DNA of 63,993 nucleotides, filler included, from Perkinsus olseni (Eukaryota): NCBI GenBank assembly GCA_013115125.1. It is 11 parts of 11 records of this genome, joined end to end, with 100 filler letters (N's around TTAATTAATTAA, not from the genome) between each part and the next. Parts side by side here need not be neighbours in the genome. Positions count along the whole stretch, not along the records: positions 59,435 to 63,993 come from JABANN010001259.1; 10 more parts are not named here. One strand, 5' to 3'. Shown piece by piece: positions 61,593 to 63,993 of this stretch (position 1 is its first letter; each line of letters starts with the position of its first letter). The notes under the pieces were generated by a model. It saw only the letters and a program-made list of their open reading frames with translations, ran no database searches and was not told where the DNA came from. The position numbers and the translations under genes were made by a program.

Positions 61593-62852
61593 GTGACAGA
61601 GGGACGGCGCTTGACTTTCCATTCTGATCTCGTCACGAGCAGGGTTGTGTCTTTTCACTTCGGAATGCCCAGGGGATCCTTCAACCTCGCTGTCGACGTT
61701 GTGGCTGTCAACAAAGCCGTGGGTGCCGTCCAGGGCCAGAACATTATCCGTCACCAGGTCATGGAGTTCGTAGGCCGCCGGGAGCCAATCGAGCTTGACT
61801 TCGGTCAACACATCAAGTGCTGGCAATGTTGCAACCTGAAGGGCACATGGTGGCGGCAAAACGCCATCAAACGGGAGGCGATCGCCGTCGACGATGCCAG
61901 GAAGGAGGTCTATGCTGTCGAGGAAATAGAGTTCTCCGATCTGGACGATGATTTCGGTTGGGGATCTAAAAGGAAGGGCCGCCGCTTTTCACTGTCGGAT
62001 GATAGCCTGTCCGACTTGGACGACGATGATGATGAGGATGACAATGGTGTAGACGAAGGTAGCAGAAGGCCCACTGCCAAAGAACGTGCTGCTATCGAGG
62101 CCCTGCTCTTCCCGCTCGATGACCCCGAGATTTCCTCCCGTACATGGGGCCTCCACTACTTGAGGAACGGAGACAAGGAGATCGACATCGAAGATACTGA
62201 CGAAGTTCTGAGATACGCTACTTACTGTGAAGGAAAAGTTTATCTTTGCACTGGGGCCGAGCCCTATCCCGTCATTCTCGAGTACGACCCGCCCACCGCT
62301 GTATGGCGGACCTTCGGCGCTGGGCCACCTCTCCAGTCTGACTTTGACGTTATCCGCAACTACGAAGGAAAACTACAGTACGCCTTTGCCAGTGCGTCTG
62401 AGTATGGTGATGCACTCTATATCGTGGACGAGAAAGGAGACATCAAAAGCCGTTTTGTTCCGGGTGAACCGGTACGTATGGTCCGGTTCATTACTCCCAC
62501 GGTGGTGTGCGTCATGGACTGTTGCATCGGAATCGAGTTCGTCCTGATGAGGTTGGACGCTTTCGAGAGACGTGTCGCAGTTGACGACCCGCACGAGAAG
62601 AGAGATGAACAGTTTTTCCGCAGAAAGTTCGAAAGCCAGGCGCGGGTCCTGGAAGAACGCGAGGCTGCCCAAGCCGAGAAGTCTGATGAGAAGCCTGAGA
62701 ACGACACAAGTCTTGGAGATGAGGCCGAAGGGGAGGAGCTCTTCTGCCTTCGTTATGGTCCTTTAGAGGACTATGAGTATCGAGTGAGCCCCTGTGGGCA
62801 TGTCATCGCCGTCAATGGCCCCCGTGGTGATATCGGTGTGGTGTATCAGTAG
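61593..62852 (+). CDS. Hypothetical protein with acidic tract and beta-strand-rich (propeller-like) C-terminal half; start may lie in an upstream exon
   Basis: 419-aa open frame, D/E-rich tract next to KRKGRR. No family recognised. Confidence 0.65.
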   Translation: MTEGRRLTFHSDLVTSRVVSFHFGMPRGSFNLAVDVVAVNKAVGAVQGQNIIRHQVMEFVGRREPIELDFGQHIKCWQCCNLKGTWWRQNAIKREAIAVDDARKEVYAVEEIEFSDLDDDFGWGSKRKGRRFSLSDDSLSDLDDDDDEDDNGVDEGSRRPTAKERAAIEALLFPLDDPEISSRTWGLHYLRNGDKEIDIEDTDEVLRYATYCEGKVYLCTGAEPYPVILEYDPPTAVWRTFGAGPPLQSDFDVIRNYEGKLQYAFASASEYGDALYIVDEKGDIKSRFVPGEPVRMVRFITPTVVCVMDCCIGIEFVLMRLDAFERRVAVDDPHEKRDEQFFRRKFESQARVLEEREAAQAEKSDEKPENDTSLGDEAEGEELFCLRYGPLEDYEYRVSPCGHVIAVNGPRGDIGVVYQ

Positions 62853-63993
62853 TCATGACCCAGCGTGCTCCTGTGCTACTCTCACTGCTGGACTACTAGT
62901 GATTTCTAGTGCTTCGTTTCCAGACTAGTTTCCCACTCTGTCGATCTTACGTAGGAAAGTAATTTTTTCACCAGTGCCGTTCAATTCGTCTCTGTCTTTC
63001 ATCGGACGAGTTGCGTTGAGTCGTCGTGAGATTTCGAATCCTCCGACGTGCGTTCGGTAAAGGGGGATGACATGAACAAGACCAGGCCTTCCGAAAAGTC
63101 TTCACTAGCGTGAGGTTCGCCTTGCACGGCGATGGAGTCCCCGCATCTCATGCGACGAGCTATGCAGTAGCAAGCGGAGAGTCACAAGAAGGTAAGTCTA
63201 CCTCGGACCCCAGACATTGGTATTAGATTCCAAGTCCATGGCATACGGGGCGGTTCCATCTCACGTTGATCTTGAATGAGGAGTCCTGTCGGGGTATCCT
63301 TTACTGGGCTATTCATCTGATAAGACCGGGGAGCTCTCCGAAGCTCAAGATTCCAAATCCAACTTCTAGGCGGACAATGGTAAGGGCCTGCACACGTTCT
63401 GCTACTACCGATCTGAGCTATGTGGAACATCAACGAAGTTGATTCAACATCCTCATTGACGGTTCGTCAAGACGGCTTAAAAAATTTTGCAGGCGTGTGC
63501 TACTACGGAAACGGCTCGTTGGTGGTGGTGCTGAAGTACAGTCATCCCTTTAAGTATTGAGACGTATCTGTTGCTCAACTGCAGTAGTCTCACTATCATT
63601 CACTATAACTCAGTTGTACCCTGCACTATGATGATTCCTGCTCTCCTATGGGCTCTCTCTGTGGGCCTATTTCATAGACGCCTCACCTTGGCATTGCCAG
63701 TTAGGATCCTTTGAATCTAACCGTAGGATGTGACTTGGACGGGCTAAGGAACGTAAGGAGATCCTTTTTAAGTTCCCTTCAGGTTTCTCAAGTTTTCTCG
63801 TTTTAGCACTTTAAGGAAGCTTAGGATGTTTCACTAAAGTCCCCCGCCTGAGGCTTCCTTGAGGATCTAGTGAGGCAGGGTACTGTAGGCGCGCTTTCAA
63901 CCCATCCCTCAAAGGCTCCCAACCATCCGAAAGTTGATTTAGCGCTGTTTCGCTTCGCCTCCCTGTACGATCCGTGAGCACGACATCTCGCAG

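Noticed and set aside
1-63993. Apparent virulence island (proteases, mucins, ABC transporter and transposons together)
   Set aside because: The contigs are size-sorted and joined by an artificial linker, so adjacency across linkers has no biological meaning.

Overview
This window is not one locus. It is a pseudo-scaffold of 11 unrelated eukaryotic contigs of about 5.8 kb, sorted by decreasing length and joined by an artificial 100-nt linker (N44-TTAATTAATTAA-N44). Short (~50 bp) GT-AG introns, the gene families and GK-rich low-complexity tails suggest an alveolate, most likely Perkinsus (inference). Recognisable genes are tRNA-Gln(CTG), tRNA-Glu(CTC), GAR1, tandem ABCB/P-glycoprotein genes, a cathepsin-L-like protease, TRAPPC1/Bet5, a 3-RRM protein, TFIIH p34/Tfb4, PP2C, a RAP-domain helical-repeat protein, a subtilisin, Thr-rich mucins and several orphan secreted proteins. 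Two mobile elements stand out. The first is a compact, essentially complete LTR retrotransposon (~155-bp LTR) whose pol mixes BEL/Pao-like RT/connection motifs, a DIRS/Ty3-like RNase H and a Ty3/gypsy-like integrase. The second is a Mutator/Phantom-type transposase apparently fused to PHD and RING-like zinc fingers. Two GGG...CCC MITEs on different contigs have near-identical 8-bp target duplications, and one of them cleanly interrupts a reading frame.
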